This document shows, in pieces, positions 49,253 through 57,919 of a stretch of DNA of 64,000 bases; the stretch's first letter is position 1; every line of letters starts with the position of its first letter. The stretch lies in the NCBI GenBank assembly GCA_965198225.1, contig CBDAOY010000007.1:862045-926044 (forward strand), in the 5' to 3' direction. The position numbers were made by a program, and so were the translations under genes. The DNA is from Terriglobia bacterium (lineage in GTDB: Bacteria; Acidobacteriota; Terriglobia; 20CM-2-55-15). The notes under the pieces were generated by a model that had not been told where the DNA came from, ran no database searches, and saw only the letters and a program-made list of their open reading frames with translations.

Positions 49253-50808
49253 GACGGTCCCTCCGGAGTCTTGAAGTAATCGGTTCCACGGATATTGGGG
49301 TGTTGAATGGGCGGCCGGACCGGACCGGGTTCCGGCTCGGCCTGCCGATCCAGACCGGTGCCGAGGATCGACCGGACGCTTTGATAGGAGCAGGCATCGA
49401 GTCGGCAGGCGCGGGCCGCGGCGGCTTCCAGCCGATCCGGCCCATAGCTTTGACCCAGACGAAGGATGCCCAAACAGCTGCGGAAGCCTTGTTCGGGATG
49501 GCGGCGCGATTGAAGCACGCGCGCCACCAGTTGGGAGGTGAACGGACCGGTGCTCGATGCCCAGCGGATGAGCCGTTCCGGTGTCCATTCCAGGTAGCGT
49601 TGATGCGCGGCGGGCCGATGCGCATCGACGGTGGTGTGCGCCCCCGCCTTCGAGCTGCGCGGGTGACTGGCTACACGCTGGCCCCGATGAAAGATCTCCA
49701 CGGTCAGGGCCGTGTAGCGCACGTCCAACTGCTGATGCACCAGGGCGTAGGGAGCGCTGTAATAGTGGCCCTCGACCTCGATGTGGTAATCGATGTGGAC
49801 GCGCGCTTTCTTCCATTCGGCGAACGCGTAGCGGTCGGCTGGCAAGCGGCCCAGCGCCGGCCGGTCGAGCGTCTCGAACCGGGTGCGGCGGCTGCCCTCG
49901 AGCTTGCGAAATCTGCGGGCATTGAGCCGGTCCAACAGTTCCGCGATCGCGGCGTTCAGATCGGCCAGGTTGAAGAACGTGCGTTTGCGCAGGACGGCCA
50001 GGATCCACCGTTCCACCAAAAGCACACCCGCCTCGGCCTTCGCCTTGTCCCGGGGTTTGCGCACGCGCGCCGGAATGACAGCGACGCCGTAATGAGCCGC
50101 CATCTCCTGATAGGTCGGATTCAGGTCCGGTTCGTACCGGCAGGGACGGCTGACCGCGCTCTTCAAGTTGTCGGGGACAACGATCTCGGGCACGCCCCCA
50201 AAAAACTCCAATGCACGGATGTGAGAGCCAATCCAACAGGGCAGCTTCTGGCTCCAGGTCGCTTCGGCGAACGTGTAATTGCTGGCGCCCAGGACCGCAA
50301 CGAAGATGGACGCGTCCTGAATGGCTCCCGTCTTCGAATCGACGATCGGGACGGTGTCTCCCGCATAGTCGACGAACAGTTTTTCTCCGGCGCGGTGTTC
50401 TTGCCGCAGAACCCGATCGAGCTTCCGGGCCCATTGCCGGTAGAGTTCACAGAACCGACTGTAGGAATAACCGTCCGGGTTCGACTGCCGGTACTCCTGC
50501 CAGAGCAACTGCAACGTGACATGCTTGTCGCCCCGGAACTCTTCGTGGATCGTCGCCCAATTCGGCGCCGGGCGGTCCGGAGTCAGCGTCACCCGCGGTG
50601 GGAACAGCTGCGTCTCCAATCCCGATTCATCCAGTCCTTCGGGCAACGGCCATCCGAGCCCCGCCACCTCGGCCCGGCGGACATAATCGGCGACTGTGCT
50701 GTGGTTGATCGAACAACTGCGGGCGATCTGGCGGTGACCTAACCCCAGCCCGAACTTGAGTCGTAGAACTTCTTTGATCTTTCGCATGGACAATCTCTCT
50801 GCAGGCAC
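49246..50808 (-). CDS. istA: IS21-family transposase IstA
   Basis: 520 aa with an N-terminal HTH (MPAERLSMRKIKEVLRLKFGLGLGHRQIARSCSIN) and an IS21 DDE core. Confidence 0.85.
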   Translation of the reverse strand: MPAERLSMRKIKEVLRLKFGLGLGHRQIARSCSINHSTVADYVRRAEVAGLGWPLPEGLDESGLETQLFPPRVTLTPDRPAPNWATIHEEFRGDKHVTLQLLWQEYRQSNPDGYSYSRFCELYRQWARKLDRVLRQEHRAGEKLFVDYAGDTVPIVDSKTGAIQDASIFVAVLGASNYTFAEATWSQKLPCWIGSHIRALEFFGGVPEIVVPDNLKSAVSRPCRYEPDLNPTYQEMAAHYGVAVIPARVRKPRDKAKAEAGVLLVERWILAVLRKRTFFNLADLNAAIAELLDRLNARRFRKLEGSRRTRFETLDRPALGRLPADRYAFAEWKKARVHIDYHIEVEGHYYSAPYALVHQQLDVRYTALTVEIFHRGQRVASHPRSSKAGAHTTVDAHRPAAHQRYLEWTPERLIRWASSTGPFTSQLVARVLQSRRHPEQGFRSCLGILRLGQSYGPDRLEAAAARACRLDACSYQSVRSILGTGLDRQAEPEPGPVRPPIQHPNIRGTDYFKTPEGPSC

Positions 50809-51099
50809 GTGTTCTCCCTCCTTGACTAAAAGGGAAAACAGTACCCGCGGGTTGTCCAGCGTCGCTATCGGCCTCTTCGATTCCGGAGCATCTCATCCAC
50901 CATTCCGACCGGCACCCCAAAACTGGATGGCTTCGGGTCGGAATCCCTGGATGCTTTCCCTCGGAATCGCTGGATGACTTCGATCGGAATCAGTGGGGGC
51001 TTTCGATCGGAATCCCTGGATGACTTGCTCTGGAATACGCAGTTGGCCGCGAACCTCCGCGTACTGTAGTTGAACCGCGAAGGACCTTGTCTGAATTCC

Positions 51100-51201
51100 C
51101 CGCGCGACAGCCTGCGGCCGCGCGCGGGTCGACATAACGCCCATACGACGACAATTCAGCCCTACCATAGTCGTCAGACCCTGCTTGTGCCGCTTATCCG
51201 C
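51100..51201 (-). repeat. U-repeat copy 4 (inverted orientation, most diverged), abutting the IS21 copy-1 end
   Basis: Its reverse complement reads GCGGATAAGCGGCACAAGCAGGGTCTGACGACTATGGTAGGGCTGAATTGTCGTCGTATGGGCGTTATGTCGACCCGCGCGCGGCCGCAGGCTGTCGCGCGG. Confidence 0.75.
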
Positions 51202-51567
51202 AGGTGAGCGCCCTGGACATCGTGACGTGGGCCGGAGCATGTGCCACTCTTCTCGCCGCCTCTATCGCGGCGGGATACTTACCTGGGAACGCGCTGCTCG
51301 GACCGACCCGAAGGCGGCACTCAGAGCCGAGTAGCCCCGGCCCTAGCGCCAACGTGCAGGTCCGTCAGGCGATAGGTCCTGCCTTGTCGCCTCGCGTTTA
51401 GGGATGGTCAAGCAGTGCACGGCTATTTGGCCAAGTGAGTTTAGTTGCTCCGTAACATTGACCCGGGTTCCCAAGCTGACGACGAAGCCTTCAGGCGTTC
51501 GCAAATCCTGTGGCTCTCACGGAGGACTTGCTGTTTGTGTTGCGGTAACGCACTCGGGACACTGGGC

Positions 51568-51740
51568 CGGGCGGGTTTCAGCCCGTCCTCTGCTCGAAGG
51601 CCCTCATGAATTCGACCAGCGTGTCGACGCCTTCTTCGGGTAGCGCGTTGTAGATCGAAGCACGCATTCCTCCGACCGAGCGGTGACCTTGAGGCCGTCG
51701 AGGTCGAGGCCCTCCGCGCTCCCTTGCTGCACGAACATGA
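51568..51740 (-). pseudogene. serC: C-terminal remnant of phosphoserine aminotransferase
   Basis: The reverse-strand translation ends ..[36 protein letters not shown], a near-canonical SerC C-terminus. An internal frameshift precedes it. The 5' side is cut off precisely at U-repeat copy 3. Confidence 0.6.
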
Positions 51741-51823
51741 GCGGATAAGCGGAATAAGCAGGGTCTGACGACTATGGTAGCACTGAGATTGTCGTCGTAT
51801 GGGTGTTATGTCAACCCGCGCGG
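51741..51823 (+). repeat. U-repeat copy 3 (3'-truncated, lacks the terminal GC hairpin)
   Basis: The first 83 bp are identical to copy 2. The element ends at CCCGCGCGG. Confidence 0.8.
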
Positions 51824-51919
51824 GGATTCAAGGCAGGATGTTCCGGGCAGGCGGCAGATTCAAGGCAGTTTTCCGTCTTGCGGAGACACACCCGTCCCGC
51901 GGCGTCGTGACGTCGACGT

Positions 51920-52126
51920 TCAGAAGGCGTCCATCTGGCAGTTGTAGTCGGAAGAGGCCGGCGCCAGAGGCGGGGCGCGGGAAGGCAGGCCCAGGCACTC
52001 CAGGATTCTTACTGTGACCGTGGGCGGACGAATTGCTGCAAGGATTTTCATCCTTCCGCCGCAATGTTCACACTGAAGAACGTCCACCAGGAAGACACGT
52101 TTCATCAACTCCGCCCAGGTGTAATT
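51920..52126 (-). pseudogene. C-terminal remnant of an IS91-family (rolling-circle, Y2) transposase
   Basis: ..NYTWAELMKRVFLVDVLQCEHCGGRMKILAAI..RILECLGLPSRAPP resembles the conserved IS91/ISCR transposase tail (zinc-ribbon CxxC..GLP). Confidence 0.45.
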
Positions 52127-52345
52127 GCGATTGCGCGCAGATGATTCCGCGCAGGGCTCAGCCGCAACAGTCAGCTCGGCTGATTGTTGGGCAGTAGGCT
52201 GCGGTTTCACCTCGGTCTCCCTGCGATTGTTATCCTCGGCGGTCACCCAAAACCGGCCAATGGTGGTCACCTGAAAACCGGCCAACGAACATAGATAAGC
52301 CCGGGACATTGACACCGACGGGAAGCCGAAACAGGCTCCGTCGGC

Positions 52346-53986
52346 ATGAGCAATGTCTTGAGCACAGAAAAGAGAGAGCAAGTTGTTGCATTGGGGCGGC
52401 TTGGATGGCCGCTGCGTCGGATCGAACAGACCACCGGCGTGCGTCGTGAGACGGCCAGTGCGTATCTGAGAGCGGCCGGAATCCCCATTCGGCCGCCCGG
52501 GAGTTGGGGCCGGCGACCGGCAAAACCGGCCAACGAGGTGACCACCGACCCGGACGGCGTAAATGGTGTCGTTGAGGGGTTTGGCGGTTCCGATACTTCA
52601 AAACCGGCCAACGAAGTGACCACCGACCCGGAGGCCGAGAATCCGGTCTCGGCAGAGTCGTCGGCTCCCCCTCCAAGCCCACCGTCGGGCAGTTCCTGCG
52701 AGCCGTACCGGGAGACCATCCAACAGGCGCTGGAGCGTGGCCGCAACGCGATGGCGATCTGGCAGGACCTGGTCACGGATCACGGTTTTGTCGGCAGCTA
52801 CGAATCGGTCAAGCGTTTCGTTCGCAAACTCCGGGGAGTGCGATCCCCGGAAGCGGTCGGAATCATCCAGACCGGAGCTGGAGAGGAAGCGCAGGTCGAC
52901 TACGGGACCGGACCGATGGTCCGGGATCCGAAGACGGGCAAGTACCGACGGACGCGGCTGTTCGTGATGACGTTGGGCTACAGCCGCAAATCGGTCCGGC
53001 TGCTGACGTTCAAGTCCAGTTCCCGCATCTGGGCCCAGTTGCACGAGACCGCGTTCCGCCGACTCGGCGGCACTCCCCGCCTCATCGTGCTGGATAACCT
53101 GCGCGAAGGCGTGATCGTCCCGGACCATTACGACCCCACCCTGAATCCGTTGTTTCGAGATGTCCTGACCCATTACGGCGTGGTGGCCATGCCATGCCGG
53201 GTGCGCGATCCAGACCGCAAAGGCAAAGTCGAATCCGGTGTCGGGCACGCCCAGAAGACCCCATTGAAGGGACAGCGCTTCGAGAGCCTCGACCAGGCCC
53301 AGGGGTATCTGGATCGCTGGGAAGTCCGATGGGCCGACACCCGCATCCACGGCACGACCAAGCGGCAGGTGGCGGCCATGTTCGCCGAAGAGAAACCATC
53401 TCTTAAGCCGCTGCCGATCGAACCGTTTCGCTATTACCAATTCGGTGAACGTGTCGTCCATCTCGACGGTTGCGTCGAAGTCGAAGCCGCCTATTACAGT
53501 GTACCGCCGGGCTGGATCGGACGGGGTGTCAAGGTCCAGTGGGACACGCTTCACGTCCGGATCCTGGACCCAAACACCTATCCACTCCTCCGCGAGCATG
53601 TCCGCCAGAAGCGGGGTGGATACCGTGTCCGTGCTGAAGACAACCCGAAGAAAACCCCGTTAACGACGGTGCAACTGCTGGCCCGAGCCCGCCGCGCTGG
53701 CACCCACATCGGCACACTCTGTGACGCCATTCACCGCCGACAAGGGGAAGCTGCGGTCCGCCGCATCCTGGGTGTGCTCTCCCTGGCCAAGAAGTACGGT
53801 GTCTCCGCCGTGGAGGATGCTTCGGCTGCGGCACTGGAACTCCACGTCTACGAGTATCGTTTCGTCCGCCGCTATCTGGAGCGGCGACCTCCACTCGCCC
53901 TGCGTCAGGTCGATCCTCTCATTCGCGAACTGACTCAGTATCGCGATCTCATCAACCTCAAAATCCAGGAGCAGGAACACTCATGA
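52346..53986 (+). CDS. istA: IS21-family transposase IstA (copy 2)
   Basis: 546 aa with an N-terminal HTH and DDE core. The ends of the C-terminal region overlap istB by 4 nt. Confidence 0.85.
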   Translation: MSNVLSTEKREQVVALGRLGWPLRRIEQTTGVRRETASAYLRAAGIPIRPPGSWGRRPAKPANEVTTDPDGVNGVVEGFGGSDTSKPANEVTTDPEAENPVSAESSAPPPSPPSGSSCEPYRETIQQALERGRNAMAIWQDLVTDHGFVGSYESVKRFVRKLRGVRSPEAVGIIQTGAGEEAQVDYGTGPMVRDPKTGKYRRTRLFVMTLGYSRKSVRLLTFKSSSRIWAQLHETAFRRLGGTPRLIVLDNLREGVIVPDHYDPTLNPLFRDVLTHYGVVAMPCRVRDPDRKGKVESGVGHAQKTPLKGQRFESLDQAQGYLDRWEVRWADTRIHGTTKRQVAAMFAEEKPSLKPLPIEPFRYYQFGERVVHLDGCVEVEAAYYSVPPGWIGRGVKVQWDTLHVRILDPNTYPLLREHVRQKRGGYRVRAEDNPKKTPLTTVQLLARARRAGTHIGTLCDAIHRRQGEAAVRRILGVLSLAKKYGVSAVEDASAAALELHVYEYRFVRRYLERRPPLALRQVDPLIRELTQYRDLINLKIQEQEHS

Positions 53987-54738
53987 ATCTGATCGAACTC
54001 CAGCGGGCTCTCCGACAACTCCGGCTCGGCGGCATTGCCGAGGTGTTGGAAACACGCCTCCACCAGGCCCAGACCGAAGCCATGGCGCCGATCGACTTGG
54101 TCTCTCGTCTGGTCTCGGATGAACTGGACCGTCGCAGCATCCGGTTGTTGGAACGGCGTCGGAAACAGGCCCGGTTCCGCGATCCCCAGAAGACGCTCGA
54201 CTCCTTCGACTTTACTTTCAACAAGAAGATGAATCGTAGTCTGGTCTTCGACCTGGCGACGGGCGCCTTCATCTCCAGGCACGACGATGCCTTGTTTCTC
54301 GGTCCTCCTGGCACCGGCAAGAGTCATCTGGCTCAGGCCATCGGCTTGGCTGCGATTGAGCAGGGCTATCGGGTCGTCTACCGTGAAACTCATGCGCTTC
54401 TCGACGACATCGCCGAAGCCACCATTGACGGTACCCGAAAGGAGTGCATGGAAGCTTTGGCGACGGTCCCGCTGCTGATCATCGACGATCTGGGGATGCG
54501 GAAGCTTCCTCCCACTGCAGCAGAGGAACTCCTCGAGATCGTGATGCGACGCTATGAACGGACCAGTACGTTACTGACATCGAATCGACCCGTCCAAGAC
54601 TGGGGAAAACTACTGGGTGATAGCGCCGCCGTCACAGCCATGCTGGACCGGCTGCTCCATCACGGCCACATCCTCAAATGCGGCCCTCGGAGTTGGAGGA
54701 CTAAAACGGGCTTGCCGAGTCCAGTCCCAAAGAGGTAG
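53983..54738 (+). CDS. istB: IS21-family helper IstB (copy 2)
   Basis: 251 aa with Walker A GPPGTGKS and Walker B LLIIDDLG. Confidence 0.85.
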   Translation: MNLIELQRALRQLRLGGIAEVLETRLHQAQTEAMAPIDLVSRLVSDELDRRSIRLLERRRKQARFRDPQKTLDSFDFTFNKKMNRSLVFDLATGAFISRHDDALFLGPPGTGKSHLAQAIGLAAIEQGYRVVYRETHALLDDIAEATIDGTRKECMEALATVPLLIIDDLGMRKLPPTAAEELLEIVMRRYERTSTLLTSNRPVQDWGKLLGDSAAVTAMLDRLLHHGHILKCGPRSWRTKTGLPSPVPKR

Positions 54739-54787
54739 AACAACACCGTCCCGGGCCATCCCCGTTGGCCGGTTTTGAAGTGACCAC

Positions 54788-55125
54788 TGAGGTACGTTGC
54801 CCAGTGGATGGAATTCCGGCCGGTTGTTGGCCGTGACCGTAAGTTTGGGCGGCATCTTGCCGTACCGGAGGGGAAGCCATGCGGGTGTCTGGCATTCGAT
54901 CCGGTAGGTAACGGGAGAAGTCACACGCAGTCGGCAGTCCTGCATGCGCATGATCGATTGGACGCGGGCATAGTGTAGTTCGGAGCGGATCTGATACGCA
55001 GCGGACTGCAAAAGCCAGTGCTGCCGGGCTTCAACGAGTGAGGGGACGGCGATCATGGTGAGGGAACTGATGATCGCAACGACAACGCAGGCTTCCAGAA
55101 GGCTGGTGCCTCGGGATGAAGACAT
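54788..55125 (-). pseudogene. Type IV pilin / T2SS pseudopilin-like gene (GspH/FimT-like), 3'-truncated by IS21 copy 2
   Basis: The N-terminus ..RGTSLLEACVVVAIISSLTMIAVPSL carries the prepilin cleavage/methylation motif (G|TSLLE, Glu at +5). The ORF-track protein continues for 59 aa that are encoded by the IS21 right end (54610-54787), so the native 3' end is lost. Confidence 0.6.
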
Positions 55126-55311
55126 AAACCCTTCCTGTGTGTTCTAGAAAGGGCACCTTCAATGTTAGTAGTTAGCGCAATTGTCCGATACAGAAATCTG
55201 TCTGCGAGAGAACCAACGTGAGGGGGACAGGGGTATAGCCCTGTCCCCCGGTGGTTGGTAAGCAATAAAATTCGGAGACGCTGGCTGTCGAGTTGGTGCG
55301 GACGAAGAATG

Positions 55312-55354
55312 TGCGGTCATAGACCGCCCGAAGAATGTGCGGTCATAGACCGCA
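55312..55354. promoter_or_regulatory. Two tandem copies of a 17-bp palindrome TGCGGTC-ATA-GACCGCA(C) upstream of the sensor kinase gene
   Basis: Sites at 55312-55328 (GACCGCC variant) and 55338-55354 (perfect), each preceded by GAAGAATG. They lie in the divergent region between the pilin-like gene and the CHASE2 kinase. Confidence 0.5.
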
Positions 55355-55494
55355 CCTACACCTTGTTTCCTGCGATGGTAGAGGCCTTTTGATAGAATAT
55401 AGGCGTTCTTTCCGCGTCTTCTGCGCCTGCGCGGGAAACACCCTTTCCTGTGTTTTCTGTGTCTAGCTGTCTGAAAGCGGACTGACGGGAGCCC

Positions 55495-57882
55495 TTGTTG
55501 TCCAGGGAGTCAAAGCAGTACCTCAAGGTGGCGGCGACCAGCGCGGCCGTGGCGTTGTTCGTCCTGCTTCTGTCCTGGCAGAGCTACTTCAACCAGATCA
55601 ACGACGCCGCTTACGACTTCACGCTTCGTGTTTCGGGACAGATCGAGCCGTCCAGCCCCGCGCACATCGTTGCGATCGATGAGGAAAGCCTCGACCGGTT
55701 CGGAGCCTGGCCCTGGCCCCGAGACGTTCTGGCACGACTGATCGACCGGATCGCCGAGGTTGAACCGCGCGTGATCGGGATAGACCTGGTCCTGGAGGAT
55801 CCAAGGGACGAACTTGGCGACTTTCTGCTGGCGCGTTCGGTCAAGGGCGCCGGCAGGGTCGTGTTGGCGACGCGGGTCGACGATTCCACCGGCGATCCAC
55901 GCTGGCAGCAACCGTTCCCGGCCCTGGCCGGACCGGATGTCCGCCTCGGCCACGTCCACGCCGACCCGGACCTGGACGGCGTCATCCGGCGCATTGTCTC
56001 CGCCAAGGAAGCGGGAGGCGAAGTCTACTCGGCGCTGGCCGTGGAGGTGCTTCGTGCTTCGGGAGATCTGCCAGAGGGTTTCGAGCATCAGGTTGGCTCC
56101 AGCGTTCGGATCGTCCCCGAACCGATTCTCATTCGCTTCTCCGGAGACCGACAGACGTTTCCTCACGTGCCTGCCTGGGAGGTTCTGGAGGGGCGCTCCT
56201 CGGCCTCGGCGCTGACCGGAGGCATCGTACTGGTCGGTTCCACCGCGGAGGGTCTGGGCGATGACTGGATGACGCCGTTCTCGGCTGCGGGCCGCCGCAT
56301 GAGCGGGATTGAAGTCCACGCAAATCTATTAGAAACAATATTTTCAGAACGCCGAATTCAGGTTGTGCCTGATGTGTTGGTGTTCTTCGCCCTGGCGCTG
56401 CTCGTCGCAGGTCTCTGGTGGATGGATGAGCGGTACGAGGGCAGACGCTTCTACGCGGCAGCCCTGGCGGTGGTTCCCCTGACCCTCGGTCTGTCGTGGC
56501 TGCTCATGAGCGCGTTCACACTCTGGCTGCCGTTTCCAACGTTCCTTGTCGCGCTCGTGCTGGTCGTTCCGGGGTTGGAAGTCGGCAAAATGGTCCGGGT
56601 CAACCGGGACCTGGACGAGAAGATCGGGCGCCTTTCCTCCTGGGCCGCCGAAGAGCCGATTCCCGCCGATGCTGCTCCTGATCTCCGGGCGCAGTTGCTG
56701 GAGCAAGTCGAGGCCGGCGAAGTGCGAGACCGCTGGCTGGCGCTGCTCGAAGCCGCCGAACAGGAAGGACGGGCCCGCCGAAGCCGGCGCCAGAGACTGC
56801 TGGACATCGTCCGGCGGGATTCGCGCTGGAAGCTGGACGCGGTGGATTTCTTCAACGAACAACTCTACCGCTTCCTCTCTTTTAACAACGCCATCCTCGG
56901 CGCCATCGACGACGTCATCATTGTTTCAGACCCGCTCGGGCGGGTGGTCTACCAGAACCCGGCGGCAGAGCGACTCCCGGGCTACTCACAGGCACCTCCG
57001 GCGGCCTGGGAGTATCTTCCTGGATTGCTGGACGGCCGTCGGTTGATCCACGATTTCGCGGCCGTGTTCGCGGGAGGCGAGCCCCGTCGTCTGGAGTTCA
57101 TTAGATCGAACGACGGGAGCCGGTTCTACACGATGGTGCTTTCTCCCATCGTCGACATCGGAATCGTGGCCAGCCTCCACGACGTGACTGCGCAGCACGA
57201 ACTGAATCAGGCGAAGAACGACATGGTGTCGCTGGTTTCGCATGAGCTCCGCACCCCCCTGACCTCGATCCAGGGCTACAGCGAGATGCTCGTGAAATAC
57301 GGGCTGGTAGAAGAAAAGGGATCCGAGTTCCTGGGGTCGATCATCGGCGAGAGCCGCCGCTTGAACGAGCTCATCCAGTCCTTTCTCGACATTGCATACA
57401 TCGAGTCGGGACGGCAGAAGCTCAACCTCGGCGAGTTTGCCATCCAACCCATGCTCGACGACCTGCTGCGAATCCACGATCCGGTCGCGCGAGCCAAGGG
57501 AATAGGGGTCGAGGCCACCGCAGCTGACGATAAAGGGCTCGTGCGGGCCGACCGGATGCTACTGTATCAGGCGCTGGCGAATCTGGTGTCGAACGCCATC
57601 AAGTACAGCCCGGCAGGGACGTCGATCCGGATCACAGGTTCGAACGGAGACGGACGCGCCCGGTTCCTTGTCGAAGATGAGGGCTATGGAATTCCCTCCG
57701 AAGAGGCTGCCCGAATCTTCGAAAAGTTTTACCGACGAGGCAACAAGGAAACGCGGGACGAATCCGGGTTCGGGCTCGGTCTGGCTTTCGTCCGCGAAGT
57801 CGCCGTCCGGCATGGCGGCGATGTGACGGTGGAGAGCGAGCCCGGAAAGGGCTCCGTGTTCTCCCTGTGGATCCCGAATTAG
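55495..57882 (+). CDS. CHASE2-domain sensor histidine kinase
   Basis: 795 aa. The N-terminal periplasmic CHASE2 domain (IVAIDEESL..GAWPWPRDV) and TM segments are followed by a PAS-like region, HisKA (LVSHELRTPLTSIQGYSEML) and HATPase (GFGLGLAFV). Confidence 0.85.
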   Translation: MLSRESKQYLKVAATSAAVALFVLLLSWQSYFNQINDAAYDFTLRVSGQIEPSSPAHIVAIDEESLDRFGAWPWPRDVLARLIDRIAEVEPRVIGIDLVLEDPRDELGDFLLARSVKGAGRVVLATRVDDSTGDPRWQQPFPALAGPDVRLGHVHADPDLDGVIRRIVSAKEAGGEVYSALAVEVLRASGDLPEGFEHQVGSSVRIVPEPILIRFSGDRQTFPHVPAWEVLEGRSSASALTGGIVLVGSTAEGLGDDWMTPFSAAGRRMSGIEVHANLLETIFSERRIQVVPDVLVFFALALLVAGLWWMDERYEGRRFYAAALAVVPLTLGLSWLLMSAFTLWLPFPTFLVALVLVVPGLEVGKMVRVNRDLDEKIGRLSSWAAEEPIPADAAPDLRAQLLEQVEAGEVRDRWLALLEAAEQEGRARRSRRQRLLDIVRRDSRWKLDAVDFFNEQLYRFLSFNNAILGAIDDVIIVSDPLGRVVYQNPAAERLPGYSQAPPAAWEYLPGLLDGRRLIHDFAAVFAGGEPRRLEFIRSNDGSRFYTMVLSPIVDIGIVASLHDVTAQHELNQAKNDMVSLVSHELRTPLTSIQGYSEMLVKYGLVEEKGSEFLGSIIGESRRLNELIQSFLDIAYIESGRQKLNLGEFAIQPMLDDLLRIHDPVARAKGIGVEATAADDKGLVRADRMLLYQALANLVSNAIKYSPAGTSIRITGSNGDGRARFLVEDEGYGIPSEEAARIFEKFYRRGNKETRDESGFGLGLAFVREVAVRHGGDVTVESEPGKGSVFSLWIPN

Positions 57883-57890
57883 GAGGGATG

Positions 57891-57907
57891 TGCGGTCATA
57901 GACCGCA
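57891..57907. promoter_or_regulatory. Third copy of palindrome TGCGGTCATAGACCGCA, between the kinase and regulator genes
   Basis: GGGATGTGCGGTCATAGACCGCACCTACACC is identical over 28 bp to the site at 55334-55361. Confidence 0.5.
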
Positions 57908-57919
57908 CCTACACCTGGT

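Larger units (their letters stand above)
48300..51060 (-). mobile_element. IS21-family insertion sequence, copy 1 (istA-istB)
   Basis: Two overlapping genes (IstA transposase plus IstB ATP-binding helper). Both ends carry multiple GGAATCC-containing subterminal repeats (GGGTCGGAATC..), typical of IS21 ends. The boundaries are approximate. Confidence 0.75.
52241..54787 (+). mobile_element. IS21-family insertion sequence, copy 2 (distinct from copy 1)
   Basis: Terminal inverted repeats GGTCACCCAAAACCGGCCAA (52241-52260) and reverse complement TTGGCCGGTTTTGAAGTGACC (54765-54785). The AAAACCGGCCAAC subterminal repeats recur inside the 5' end. istA and istB are on the + strand. Confidence 0.8.

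Noticed and set aside
48482-50434. 650-aa ORF on the minus strand spanning most of IS21 copy 1
   Set aside because: Only the last 256 codons (from MLMQPTLEKL) are IstB. The upstream 390 codons are an alternative-frame read-through across istA with Arg/Pro/Gly-rich junk typical of an off-frame high-GC translation.
49300-50742. 480-aa plus-strand ORF antisense to istA, and similar long antisense ORFs (e.g. 49..909, 3445..4383, 4669..5724, 13024..13827, 14699..15370, 19592..20284, 23175..24155, 26140..28059, 29047..29757, 33098..34660, 36710..37693, 44069..44848)
   Set aside because: Each lies opposite a confidently identified gene and has a low-complexity, R/G/P/A-rich composition. Such shadow ORFs are expected at this GC content.
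54610-54787. C-terminal 59 residues of the pilin-like ORF
   Set aside because: This stretch is the reverse strand of the IS21 copy-2 right end, including its terminal inverted repeat. It is not native pilin sequence; the ORF is an insertion-generated fusion.
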